NCBI GenBank assembly: GCA_021792615.1
Contig: JAJYUJ010000011.1
Location: 2,179-66,178, forward strand
Direction of reading: 5' to 3'
Source of the DNA: a bacterium
Lineage (GTDB): Bacteria; JAMCPX01
Length of the DNA: 64,000 bases
This document shows, one piece after another, positions 27,876-37,825 of this stretch; the stretch's first letter is position 1, and each line of letters opens with the position of its first letter. The translations under genes and the position numbers were made by a program. Under the pieces are notes generated by a model. The model had not been told where the DNA came from, did no database searches, and saw only the letters and a list, made by a program, of their open reading frames with translations.

Positions 27876-29201
27876 ATGAAACCGAAAACGATGCGGGGCT
27901 GGTTGATAGTAATTCTTATTCTTGCAGTTACCTCAGCATTTGCAGCAAAAATTGTAGCAAACAAGGAACAACCGAAAAGCACTGAAAGCCGGTACGAAGA
28001 ACTCGGGCTGTTTACATCCGTTCTGAACAAGGTCCAGAAAGATTATGTAGAACAGGTAAGCACAAAGAAACTTATATACGGCGCATTAAAGGGCATGATC
28101 AATTCTCTCGACCCTCATTCAGGCTTCATGACGCCCAGCGAATATAAGGACCTTGAAGTAAGTACCCAGGGACAATTCGGCGGAGTCGGAATGACCATCA
28201 CCTTAAAGGACGGCATATTGACGGTAATAGCACCCATAGAAGATACCCCTGCCGCAAAAGCAGGTATAGAGCATGGCGATAAAATCATCATGATCGATGG
28301 CAAACCAACAAGGGACCTCACCCTCGAACAGGACCTTAAGATGATACGCGGGCCGAGCGGCACAAAAGTCAAAATAACCGTTCTACGGGAAGGGATGAAA
28401 CAACCCATGACATTTGTGCTCACCCGTGAGATCATAAAGATCAAGAGTGTCAGATATGACGTCATCGACGGACATTATGCATACATAAGGATTATTCAAT
28501 TCCAGGAAACGACAAACAGCGAACTCATGAAGGCCCTTGATGAAATACATAAGAAAACAGGTAATAACGTCGAAGGTGTTATACTCGATTTGAGAAATAA
28601 CCCCGGCGGATTGCTCAATCAGGCAGTCGATGTCGCCTCCCGTTTTATTAAGAGCGGCCTCATTGTCTACACCAAGGGGAGACTTCCGGATCAACAAATG
28701 AAGTTTATGGCGAGCGGCAAAAACGTCGAGCCAGATTATCCCATAGTAGCTCTCATTAACGGAGGTACGGCAAGTGCTTCTGAAATAGTAGCCGGTGCGC
28801 TGCAGGATCACCACAGAGCCATAATCGTCGGGACGCCAAGCTTCGGCAAGGGATCCGTCCAAACGATCATTCCGTTGGAAGACGGCTCGGCACTGCGGCT
28901 TACTACAGCCCTTTACTACACGCCGAACGGAAAATCCATCCAGGCTGAGGGGATACAGCCCAACATAACCATGCATGAAGAAAAGGTCGTAGAAGAGGGA
29001 TCCCAGAATATTTTCGGCGTTAAAGAAAAGGACCTCGAAGGGCATTTCCCGGCACAAAACAAACTGACTCATAAAAAGCTCAAGGAAACAAAAACAACCG
29101 AGGATCTGTTGCGTGACAGTGAGATAAAACGCGCTCTCGATATACTGAAAGGTATCCATCTTTACACTGCTTTACAGGGAGGTAACACCGTTACAAATTG
29201 A
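27876..29201 (+). CDS. ctpA: Carboxyl-terminal processing protease (S41)
   Basis: Start moved to ATG 27876 (GGAGG 6 nt upstream). TM anchor, PDZ (PAAKAGIEHGDKII), NPGGLL and GTASASEIVAGAL catalytic region. Confidence 0.85.
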   Translation: MKPKTMRGWLIVILILAVTSAFAAKIVANKEQPKSTESRYEELGLFTSVLNKVQKDYVEQVSTKKLIYGALKGMINSLDPHSGFMTPSEYKDLEVSTQGQFGGVGMTITLKDGILTVIAPIEDTPAAKAGIEHGDKIIMIDGKPTRDLTLEQDLKMIRGPSGTKVKITVLREGMKQPMTFVLTREIIKIKSVRYDVIDGHYAYIRIIQFQETTNSELMKALDEIHKKTGNNVEGVILDLRNNPGGLLNQAVDVASRFIKSGLIVYTKGRLPDQQMKFMASGKNVEPDYPIVALINGGTASASEIVAGALQDHHRAIIVGTPSFGKGSVQTIIPLEDGSALRLTTALYYTPNGKSIQAEGIQPNITMHEEKVVEEGSQNIFGVKEKDLEGHFPAQNKLTHKKLKETKTTEDLLRDSEIKRALDILKGIHLYTALQGGNTVTN

Positions 29202-29518
29202 TGAAGTGGTTTTATAGATTTCTATTGCTTCTCATTATAGGAATGGCAGTATACGTTACAGCCTCGCACGGTGGCGTATACGATCTGTGGAAAATCAAAA
29301 AAAATATAGCACGGACCGATGCAAAGAATCAGTTATTGCTGCAGGAAAAGAACGACGGTGCAGCGGAAATAAATTTATTGCAGTCGAATAACCTGTATAT
29401 CGAAAAAATAGCGCGCGAGGAGCTTGGTATGGTGAAAAAAAATGATGTAGTAGTCTACCTTAAAAAAAATAACCGTCGTGCTCTTCAGTTTTCACCGGTA
29501 GTCCCCCAAGAGAAATAA
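29198..29518 (+). CDS. ftsB: Septum formation initiator family protein (FtsB/DivIC-like)
   Basis: Single N-terminal TM helix, a coiled coil and YIEKIAREELGMVKKNDVV motif. ATGA overlap with ctp. Confidence 0.75.
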   Translation: MMKWFYRFLLLLIIGMAVYVTASHGGVYDLWKIKKNIARTDAKNQLLLQEKNDGAAEINLLQSNNLYIEKIAREELGMVKKNDVVVYLKKNNRRALQFSPVVPQEK

Positions 29519-29536
29519 AAGCGCTGTTTCCACATA

Positions 29537-31633
29537 ATGCTGAATCTTAAGAAGAAACATGTTTTTATCATATTCCTGTTTTTCCTCATGCTTGCAGCCA
29601 CTTCTGCCTGTTATCTATTCGGCATAGGTTATGGCAGTGATTACAACAATATTTTATTTCTGATCTTTATAGCTCTCTTTTTTATCTTTTCGATTACTTC
29701 TTACATAGCGACTAAAATTCCACAGAATATAAAAAATACCATGCTTTCCCTGCTCATTGTTGCTGCCTTCATGGTAATGCTTGCTTATATTGAGCTTACC
29801 TTCCGGTTCAACGCTTATTCTTCCATATATTTGATATTCAGTCTTATAACATTGTTGTTCGGTATTGCCGATGGGGTTATCACCGTAGTATACGCGGCAG
29901 TATTGTTCTTAACAAAGGATTATATCTCTTCAACACCGTACGGCCGTTTTTTGTTTTATTCCATTGTTTCCATAATATCGGTCATAACCATTGGGTTGCT
30001 GGTAGCATATGAAAGAAAGATAATAGACCGGCTGAAAAACAAGATAGCCACGCTCCAGGAGGCACCTATAGAGTTCAGCCTGAAACCGGGAGGAAAGGCC
30101 GATTCCGTACAATACTCTGAAATTATTTCTGACGACGGACTGAAGAAGGAAAAAAACAGACTTATGGTCATGCTCAATGAAAGGTTGTTCAATATCGTAG
30201 AGACACTACGCTCGACGATACATGCGTTCACCGTGATCCTCTACCTTACCGATAACGACATGAAATTGAGAGGCAGGGAAATATCCTCGAACAGCGAATG
30301 GATAACTATGGATAAACCCCTGTCGACGGATGATCCCTATATAGGCTGGATATTGAAAAATAAGAAAAGCATGCTCCTCAACGAGATAAAAGGCGACATC
30401 AAGGACATACCCTACTACACGAGAAATGAAGGCATTAAGTCTTTCATGGCTGTGCCTGCTGTGCGGGCAAATGATATCATAGGTATAATCTGTGTCGATA
30501 GCCTTGAGGTGCAGGCCTTCACAGACGAACACATCAAACTGTTAACAGTAATATCGAATCAGATTATCGATCTGATGGACAATATAGAACTGCAGTATAA
30601 ATTACGGTACGACATGTATGAGAAAGGCGCCATGTATACCTTCGTAAGAACCCTTTCCCATCATATCGATGCATCAGATATAGCGAAAGCATCCCTCAGT
30701 GAGATCATAAGAATCACCAGTGCCAGCGCGGGTATTTTTGCAACAAAGAATGAGCACAGAAGTTTTGATATAGTTTTCACGCAGAATATCGATAAAGATC
30801 TTGTCGGTAAAGATTTATTCATCGACACCGAACCCATGCATGACGGAATACTGGAAAACCAGTTGTCGGTAAACTCGCAGGTCATGACATCCCAGATAAA
30901 GCTCCTGTATCCCGCATTGTACAATCTTTATACGCCGGACAAAGCCCTCAAATATACTGCCATCATATCCCTGCGAGGAAAGATGGAAGAAGTGGGACTG
31001 ATAGTTTTATTCATGGAAAGCACCATAAATGAGCGGATAAGCATAATTCTGGACACGCTTATCAATCAGGTTTCCATTTCATTGTATAACTCGATCCTCT
31101 TCGATAAACTCGGTAAACTGGCCATAACAGACGGTCTCACCAACCTGCACAATCACCGTCATTTTCAGGAGTACCTGGAGGCAGAGATCAAAGAGGCTAT
31201 CAGGTACAACAAACCGCTGGCATTACTCATGATAGATATCGATCATTTCAAGATATTAAACGATACCCACGGACATCCTCAGGGTGACAGAGTATTAAAA
31301 AAACTATCGGAAATCATCATGCAGACCATAAGGGATGTCGATTATGCGGCTCGATACGGCGGCGAAGAATTCTGCATCCTCCTGCCGAGTACGGATGCAA
31401 AAGGTGCGTACAAAACAGCGGAACGGTTGAGAAAAAAAATCGAAACATCGGCCATGAAATCAGATACTGGAGAAGCCATGAAGTTTACCATCAGCATCGG
31501 AATATCTTCCATGCCGGAAGATGCCAAGAACAAAGACGAACTCATACTCCATGCGGACAAGGGGATGTATGGATCCAAAGAAAATGGTAGGAATAGAACG
31601 ACCATATATGATATTATAGGGTCAAAGGAGTGA
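29537..31633 (+). CDS. Membrane-bound GAF-domain diguanylate cyclase (GGDEF)
   Basis: About 5-6 N-terminal TM helices and GAF-like middle region. C-terminal GGDEF domain with RYGGEEF active site and RDVD (RxxD I-site) five residues upstream. Confidence 0.85.
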   Translation: MLNLKKKHVFIIFLFFLMLAATSACYLFGIGYGSDYNNILFLIFIALFFIFSITSYIATKIPQNIKNTMLSLLIVAAFMVMLAYIELTFRFNAYSSIYLIFSLITLLFGIADGVITVVYAAVLFLTKDYISSTPYGRFLFYSIVSIISVITIGLLVAYERKIIDRLKNKIATLQEAPIEFSLKPGGKADSVQYSEIISDDGLKKEKNRLMVMLNERLFNIVETLRSTIHAFTVILYLTDNDMKLRGREISSNSEWITMDKPLSTDDPYIGWILKNKKSMLLNEIKGDIKDIPYYTRNEGIKSFMAVPAVRANDIIGIICVDSLEVQAFTDEHIKLLTVISNQIIDLMDNIELQYKLRYDMYEKGAMYTFVRTLSHHIDASDIAKASLSEIIRITSASAGIFATKNEHRSFDIVFTQNIDKDLVGKDLFIDTEPMHDGILENQLSVNSQVMTSQIKLLYPALYNLYTPDKALKYTAIISLRGKMEEVGLIVLFMESTINERISIILDTLINQVSISLYNSILFDKLGKLAITDGLTNLHNHRHFQEYLEAEIKEAIRYNKPLALLMIDIDHFKILNDTHGHPQGDRVLKKLSEIIMQTIRDVDYAARYGGEEFCILLPSTDAKGAYKTAERLRKKIETSAMKSDTGEAMKFTISIGISSMPEDAKNKDELILHADKGMYGSKENGRNRTTIYDIIGSKE

Positions 31634-31639
31634 CGAACC

Positions 31640-32362
31640 ATGAAGAAACTTGGCGTTAATCTCGATCATATAGCAACCATACGGCAGGCGAGGAAAACCA
31701 GCGATCCCGATCCGGTATCTGCAATCAGTCTCATAGAGCTTGCCGGCGCGAACAGTATCGTTATGCATCTCAGAGAGGACAGACGGCATACCCAGGACAG
31801 GGATATTGAGCTTGCACGGAAGATCGTCAAAACGAAGCTAAACCTTGAGATGGCTCCGACACAGGAAATGATAAAGATAGCACTCGACGTAAAACCGGAT
31901 ACCGTGACGCTGGTGCCGGAACGCAGGGAAGAGCTTACCACCGAGGGAGGACTCGAAGTTGCCCTGAACATGGAATCGTTTAAAAAATACATACGGTTGT
32001 TTCACGATGCCGATATCACCGTAAGCCTTTTCATAGATCCCGACCTCGACCAGGTGAAAGCAGCCCACCGGGTAGGCGCCGATGTAATCGAAATAAGTAC
32101 AGCGCGGTACAGTGAATCAAAAACGGGCAAAGAGCTTGAAACAAATATCCAACAAATAGTCAACGCGGTTATTACTGCGGAAAAACTCAAGCTTGGCATA
32201 GCGGCGGGACACGGACTTACGTATCTCAACATAGAACCAATAATAAGAATAGACGCGATAACGGAGTACAACATCGGCCATTCAATCATAGCAAGGGCAG
32301 TATTCACCGGTATTATGTCCGCTGTAAGAGAAATGAAAGATAAGATCAATTCGAGGTTATAG
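31640..32362 (+). CDS. pdxJ: Pyridoxine 5'-phosphate synthase
   Basis: LGVNLDHIATIRQAR, HLREDRRH, EMAPT, VTLVPE and AGHGL motifs. Confidence 0.93.
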   Translation: MKKLGVNLDHIATIRQARKTSDPDPVSAISLIELAGANSIVMHLREDRRHTQDRDIELARKIVKTKLNLEMAPTQEMIKIALDVKPDTVTLVPERREELTTEGGLEVALNMESFKKYIRLFHDADITVSLFIDPDLDQVKAAHRVGADVIEISTARYSESKTGKELETNIQQIVNAVITAEKLKLGIAAGHGLTYLNIEPIIRIDAITEYNIGHSIIARAVFTGIMSAVREMKDKINSRL

Positions 32363-32396
32363 ATTCATAAAATCTGATCGAAGGAGATAACCGGCC

Positions 32397-33224
32397 ATGT
32401 CCATAATAACCATATCAAGAGGAACGTTCAGCGGCGGAGAAAAACTCGCCGAATGTCTCGCAAAAAAACTCGGGTATAAACCGGTCAGCAGGGAGATCCT
32501 TGTGGAAGCCGCAGAAAAGTACGGCATTTCCGAAAACCAGCTCATATCAGCCATGGAAACAAAACCGGCCATCAAAGAACGACTGTCGTTGAATATCGAC
32601 AGGTTCCGCTACCTGTCTTATATACAAGCGACGCTCTGTGAACAGGCAAAAAACGATAACATTGTGTATTATGGCCATGCAGGCCACCTTCTCTTGAAAA
32701 ATGCGTGCCCGGTCATCAAGGTCAAGGTCATAGCAAGTTTGGAACAGCGGATACTCTTTGTCATGGAACACAACAAGATTACCCGGGAAGAGGCGATACC
32801 GTATATCAAAAAAATGGACAAATACAGGAAACAATGGACAAAGTTCCTCTACGACATAGATTGGAAAGATCCCTCACTGTACAACGTTATAATCAATCTG
32901 AAGGATACGAGCATACCGACGGCATGTGATATGATAGCCGTCATGACGACAGAACCGGAATTCCAGCTTACCGAGGTTTCAAAAAGGGCCATAGCTGATC
33001 TCACACTCGAGAGCCAGATAAAAGCGAAGCTAGCATCTGACGATACGACAAAAAACTACATGCTGAATGTGATGGTCAAGAATGGCAATGTCCGGGTCAG
33101 TGGCAGGGTTCGGAATTCCGAGCATGCGGGCAGAATAAAATCACTTATCGAAGAAATGCCGGAGGTCAAAACCATGGACTGCGGCTGCGTAAATTATTAC
33201 ATCAATGACGATGTAATCTTATAG
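32397..33224 (+). CDS. Cytidylate-kinase-like family protein with BON-like C-terminal segment
   Basis: IITISRGTFSGGEKLAECLAKKLGY N-terminus typical of the cytidylate-kinase-like family. C-terminus VMVKNGNVRVSGRV...IEEMPEVK resembles BON. Confidence 0.55.
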   Translation: MSIITISRGTFSGGEKLAECLAKKLGYKPVSREILVEAAEKYGISENQLISAMETKPAIKERLSLNIDRFRYLSYIQATLCEQAKNDNIVYYGHAGHLLLKNACPVIKVKVIASLEQRILFVMEHNKITREEAIPYIKKMDKYRKQWTKFLYDIDWKDPSLYNVIINLKDTSIPTACDMIAVMTTEPEFQLTEVSKRAIADLTLESQIKAKLASDDTTKNYMLNVMVKNGNVRVSGRVRNSEHAGRIKSLIEEMPEVKTMDCGCVNYYINDDVIL

Positions 33225-33283
33225 GTAAACCGGACAAAGCGATAAACCTGAAAAATACAATAAGGAAGTTTACTTATTCGCTC

Positions 33284-33513
33284 AATCCCGCGATCCACCT
33301 GATATCTATAAGTTTCTTTATAGGAACGAGATTTTAGTCCGCTGTATGTTTACCCCGTTAGAAACTCAGCAGACGATAATTTGTACAACAATAGATTTAA
33401 AATTCATTAAAAAATCTGTATTATTCTAACATTTCTAACGGGGTTTATATGCTATTACCCGGTATAGTTTCCTCATCGGATTTTCGAAGAATACCTGTAT
33501 TTGACGCGGGATT
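33284..33513. mobile_element. MITE-like 230-bp element with nested inverted repeats
   Basis: Outer IR AATCCCGCG (33284-33292) / CGCGGGATT (33505-33513), flanked by TCGCTC on both sides. Inner 12-bp perfect IR CCCCGTTAGAAA (33353-33364) / TTTCTAACGGGG (33432-33443). No ORF. Confidence 0.35.
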
Positions 33514-33568
33514 ATCGCTCATTGCATAAACTTTCTTATTTTTCAAACGCATTTTTCGGGTAAAGAAA

Positions 33569-35077
33569 TTATTCCGAAAGAAAATGCTCTTTCGCCATCT
33601 TCACCCTGCCCTTCTTGGTTATAGAAAGTACCGCTGAAACGAAATTGAGGACCGTGTAGGTAATAATGACTATAACAAACCCGTGCATAAACCCGGTTTC
33701 CCGGAGCTGATGAGGTACGCCGCTCAGGTCCACATGAAGATAGCCTCTTTTGCCCAGATACGCTGCTGTTACCGACATAAGGATGAGTCCGGAAATATCT
33801 ATACCGAACACCCTGCCGCTTGCCCGCATCATATTCAGAATACCGCCCGCACTCCCCAGCCTTTCTTCAGGAACACTTCCCATAACAGCGCTGTTGTTTG
33901 GCGGGGTGAATAGTCCCATCCCTAATCCCAGTGCCGTAAATTCAATGAGCAGAACAGCAACATCAGGGCTTCTGCCGGAGAAGATCATACAGAAAGATGC
34001 AAGAGAACATATAAACATACCGATGGAAGTCATGATGGGAGGACCATACTTGTCGGAGAGTGCACCTGCAATGGGGGCAACAATAGACATGGTAATGGGT
34101 ATGGGGGTTAACAATGAGCCTGCCGTAAACGCTGAAAATCTCGCTATATTTTCGAGATAGAACGGCATGATAAACAGAATACCGAACAGGACATAATAGG
34201 AAAAGAACCCGGTAATATTCCCTGCCGAGAAATCATATATCTTATACAATTTGAAATCCATCATCGGATACTTGAAATTCAATTCCCGGACTATGAAAAT
34301 GCCGAAAAAGATAATGAATAATACAATATAGGTTACAATCGTATCTGATTCCCAGCCCAATTTCCGTCCTTCGTTCAATGCCAGCACAAGAAACAATAAT
34401 GCGGCAGCAAAGGTAATGCTGCCGATGTAATCCATTTTTTCTTTGATTTTTACTCTCTTGTCCCTGGGTAATATGTACAACGCTGCGAGTGTTCCAAGAA
34501 TCCCGACCGGGACATTGACATAGAAAATGGAACGCCATTTTGTGCCGAAGAGGTTCAGATTTATAAGAAGTCCTCCAAGAAACGGACCTATTGACATGGC
34601 AATGGCCTGCACGGCGCCCTGAATACCGATGGCCTTCCCGAGCTCTTTTGATGGAAAACATTGAGTTATGATTGCGACCGAGTTCGCCTGCAGCAACCCG
34701 CCGCCGATGGCCTGGATCACCCGTGCAATTATCATAAATTCTATGTTGGGTGCCATGCCGCATAATGCAGAACCTATGGTAAAAATGATAAAACCAAGAT
34801 TGTACATCCTGCTTCTTCCAAACATGTCTGCGAGCCTCCCGAAAAAAGGGAGAAAAATGGTAAGCGTCAGCATGTACGCCATTGCGACCCATTCATCGAG
34901 GTGCAGGGATATGTGGTAATATTTTTTTAATGTCGGTAATGCAATGTTCTCGATGCTTACATCGAGTGCAGACATAGATGCTCCGATGAGGACGGTTGTC
35001 AGGATAAACCAACGCCATCGCGGATGTGACGAAAAAAACGGATGAGGCCATTTAGATTTCAGAGTATTATCTTCCAT
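33569..35077 (-). CDS. MFS transporter, 14-TM DHA2/EmrB-like
   Basis: About 14 hydrophobic helices and FGRLADMFGRSRMY (MFS motif A-like). Confidence 0.8.
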   Translation of the reverse strand: MEDNTLKSKWPHPFFSSHPRWRWFILTTVLIGASMSALDVSIENIALPTLKKYYHISLHLDEWVAMAYMLTLTIFLPFFGRLADMFGRSRMYNLGFIIFTIGSALCGMAPNIEFMIIARVIQAIGGGLLQANSVAIITQCFPSKELGKAIGIQGAVQAIAMSIGPFLGGLLINLNLFGTKWRSIFYVNVPVGILGTLAALYILPRDKRVKIKEKMDYIGSITFAAALLFLVLALNEGRKLGWESDTIVTYIVLFIIFFGIFIVRELNFKYPMMDFKLYKIYDFSAGNITGFFSYYVLFGILFIMPFYLENIARFSAFTAGSLLTPIPITMSIVAPIAGALSDKYGPPIMTSIGMFICSLASFCMIFSGRSPDVAVLLIEFTALGLGMGLFTPPNNSAVMGSVPEERLGSAGGILNMMRASGRVFGIDISGLILMSVTAAYLGKRGYLHVDLSGVPHQLRETGFMHGFVIVIITYTVLNFVSAVLSITKKGRVKMAKEHFLSE

Positions 35078-35236
35078 AATTTGTTCTGATTATCCTTTCT
35101 CAAAATTATCGAGGGTTACTCTTGATTAATATATTGTATACAATATACAAATATCGTAAACCGGAACAGATATGGCGTCAAGGAATTTTACTTGCATTGG
35201 ATCTGAACAATCTTGAATCTTTAATCTTGAATTTCT

Positions 35237-37825
35237 TTAAATATCCGCCCAGCTTTTGCCGAAGTTTATGGAAACCTTGAGCGGGACCAACAGTTTCATC
35301 GCTCCTTCCATTTCTCTTTTGATGACCTGGGAGAACATCTCTATCTGGCCGTCGTTGACTTCGAAAATAAGCTCGTCGTGTATCTGGAGCAGCATCTTTG
35401 CATCGTACTCATTTTTTCTGAGACTATCATCGATCCTCAGCATTGCGACCTTGATAAGGTCTGCAGCACTCCCCTGCACCGGTGTATTGATAGCTATCCT
35501 CTGGTAAGCCGGGTTATCAAGAGTTCTGGGAATATACCTGCGTCTGCCGAGGATCGTACCGACATACCCTGTCTGGCGCACACCGTTCAGTATATCATCG
35601 ATATATGCCCTCACGCCCTTATATTCGTTAAAATACGAATCTATGATGACCTGCGCCTGATCCGGCGATATACCGAGCTGCTTTGAAAGTCCGTAAGCAG
35701 ATATGCCGTACATAATACCGAAGTTTACGACCTTCGCCGTGTTCCTCATCCCGGGCGTAACATCCGGAACAGGAACCTGAAAGATGCCCGATGCCGTTGC
35801 CGTATGGATATCCTGATCATGCATAAACGCATCCATCAGCACCTCATCCGATGAAAGGTGGGCCATGATCCTGAGCTCTATCTGGGAATAATCGGCACTC
35901 ACGATGGAGTTGCCGGTACCGGCTATGAATGCCCTTCGTATCAGCCTGCCCTTCTCGTCCTTGACCGGTATGTTCTGAAGGTTCGGCTCACTGCTTGCAA
36001 GCCTGCCTGTTGCTGCTCCTGTCTGAATAAAATTCGTATGGATCCTTCCCGTTTGCGGGTTGATGAATGCAGGGAGCGTATCGACAAAGCTGTTCTTCAG
36101 CTTCGCAATGCCTCTGTACTCGAGCAGGTTACTCACGAACGGGTGCTTATCACGCAGGCCTTCGAGCACTTCGCTGTCCGTGGAATATCCTGTTTTTGTT
36201 TTCTTTGCACCGGGTAATTTCAGTTCCTCAAACAGGATAGCGGCTATCTGCTTTGGTGAATCCGGATTAAACTCATGAGGCACGAAAGCCTGCATCTTTG
36301 ACGTCAGATCTTTCAACTGATGGTCGAACTGTTTCGACAGCCCGGACAGGTATGCCTGATCGACGCGTATACCGGTATGCTCCATCCTTGCAAGAACCGC
36401 CGCCAACGGCATTTCTATCTTTTCAAAGAGCGGTTCCAGCGCATCCTGTTTTAATCTTTCCCTGTAAACCACGGCGAGCCTGCTTAAAAGCGCCGCAGCC
36501 TTTGTTACGTAAACAGCCCTGACCTGCGGTTTATCGAACATGCCGTTGTCCCTGTCGCCGTCCTCTGGAGATATGTCTGGAAGTTCCTCGCCCAGTTCTG
36601 AAAGGAAAAGGGATTCCATGGAATAGCTCTTTGACTCGGGATTGCAGAGATATGCAGCGAGCTCAAGGGAAAACAGGGATGCCTTCATGTCTATGCCGTG
36701 CTCTATGCAAAATCTATGGACGGCTTTTGCATCATGGACAATAATCCCGCGGTCAAGCGACATCATCTGCTTCATGGCATCAACACCGGCGCTGCCAAAA
36801 TAATAAGCCCTGTCTGCATAAACCCCCATCTCGTTGTCCCTGTAAACGAGCGCGACCTCTTTAGCATCTTTCACTGCCTCTTTGATTTGATCGATGGAAA
36901 CTATCTCCTGATAATCGAACTTCACCTCCACCTTGCCGAGCTTGTCTATAAGCCTGCGGAACTCAAACTCCGAAAACAACTTTATAAGTCTTTCCCTGTG
37001 ATCCGGCTGCAGGGAACCAAACAAAGACTCCGGCATTTTGAACGAGTCAAGTGCGATGTCGACCGGCACATCATGTTTGAGCTGGACAAGCCCTCTGGTT
37101 ACCCCGTACAGATGCTCTTTTGCATCTATGAGAGCCGTTTTCACCCGCTTGTTTGCGATGTCTTCGATATGCATATAGATCCCGTCGATACTGCCGTATT
37201 TTCCAAGCAGGTCCATTGCTGTCTTCTTACCTATGCCCTGGACGCCCCTGATGTTGTCGATACTGTCACCGGTCAACATCAGGAATTCGGTCATCTGCAA
37301 GGGGCTGACGCCGAACTTCTGCACAACATCCGCGGATGTTATCCATTGGTCCTTCATGGTATCCAGCATGACCACGTCATCGCTCACGACTGACATAAGG
37401 TCTTTGTCGCTGCCAACGATGACAACGCCAAAGCCCATGGCCGTTGCACGGTCGGCCAGCGTTGCTATCACATCATCTGCCTCATAGCCTTCTTTATTCA
37501 GGCGCTGTATACCCATGGTGTCCGTAATCTCGAAGATAGAGGGAAACTGCACGGAAAGGTCATCGGGCGGCGCTCCCCGGTTTGCCTTATACTCTGCATC
37601 GATACTGTCCCTGAAGGTTGGTCCTTTTGAATCAAACACGACGACGAAATAATCCGGCTTGTACTGCTCAATGGTTTTGATAATCATGTTTGTGTAACCG
37701 TAAACAGCATTCGTTGGTATGCCCTTCTTGCTGGTCAGGGGCGGAAGTGCATGGTATGCGCGGAAGATATAGGTACTGCCGTCAACAACGAACAGCAGCG
37801 GGCGCCTGGTAAGGGGAATGCTCAT
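35237..37825 (-). CDS. polA: DNA polymerase I
   Basis: 5'-nuclease N-terminus (LLFVVDGSTYIFRAYHA), pol motifs DYSQIELR (A), RRxAKxxNFGxxYG-like NTAKVVNFGIMYG (B) and QIHDEL (C). Confidence 0.93.
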   Translation of the reverse strand: MSIPLTRRPLLFVVDGSTYIFRAYHALPPLTSKKGIPTNAVYGYTNMIIKTIEQYKPDYFVVVFDSKGPTFRDSIDAEYKANRGAPPDDLSVQFPSIFEITDTMGIQRLNKEGYEADDVIATLADRATAMGFGVVIVGSDKDLMSVVSDDVVMLDTMKDQWITSADVVQKFGVSPLQMTEFLMLTGDSIDNIRGVQGIGKKTAMDLLGKYGSIDGIYMHIEDIANKRVKTALIDAKEHLYGVTRGLVQLKHDVPVDIALDSFKMPESLFGSLQPDHRERLIKLFSEFEFRRLIDKLGKVEVKFDYQEIVSIDQIKEAVKDAKEVALVYRDNEMGVYADRAYYFGSAGVDAMKQMMSLDRGIIVHDAKAVHRFCIEHGIDMKASLFSLELAAYLCNPESKSYSMESLFLSELGEELPDISPEDGDRDNGMFDKPQVRAVYVTKAAALLSRLAVVYRERLKQDALEPLFEKIEMPLAAVLARMEHTGIRVDQAYLSGLSKQFDHQLKDLTSKMQAFVPHEFNPDSPKQIAAILFEELKLPGAKKTKTGYSTDSEVLEGLRDKHPFVSNLLEYRGIAKLKNSFVDTLPAFINPQTGRIHTNFIQTGAATGRLASSEPNLQNIPVKDEKGRLIRRAFIAGTGNSIVSADYSQIELRIMAHLSSDEVLMDAFMHDQDIHTATASGIFQVPVPDVTPGMRNTAKVVNFGIMYGISAYGLSKQLGISPDQAQVIIDSYFNEYKGVRAYIDDILNGVRQTGYVGTILGRRRYIPRTLDNPAYQRIAINTPVQGSAADLIKVAMLRIDDSLRKNEYDAKMLLQIHDELIFEVNDGQIEMFSQVIKREMEGAMKLLVPLKVSINFGKSWADI

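Noticed and set aside
28383-29159. 258-aa antisense ORF inside ctp. Similar long shadow ORFs lie at 45232-46185, 36698-37393, 18827-19480, 34242-34892, 16929-17501, 17850-18398 and 57541-58116.
   Set aside because: Each lies entirely antisense or out of frame within a gene that has strong family motifs. They have no motifs or RBS of their own, which is typical of shadow ORFs.
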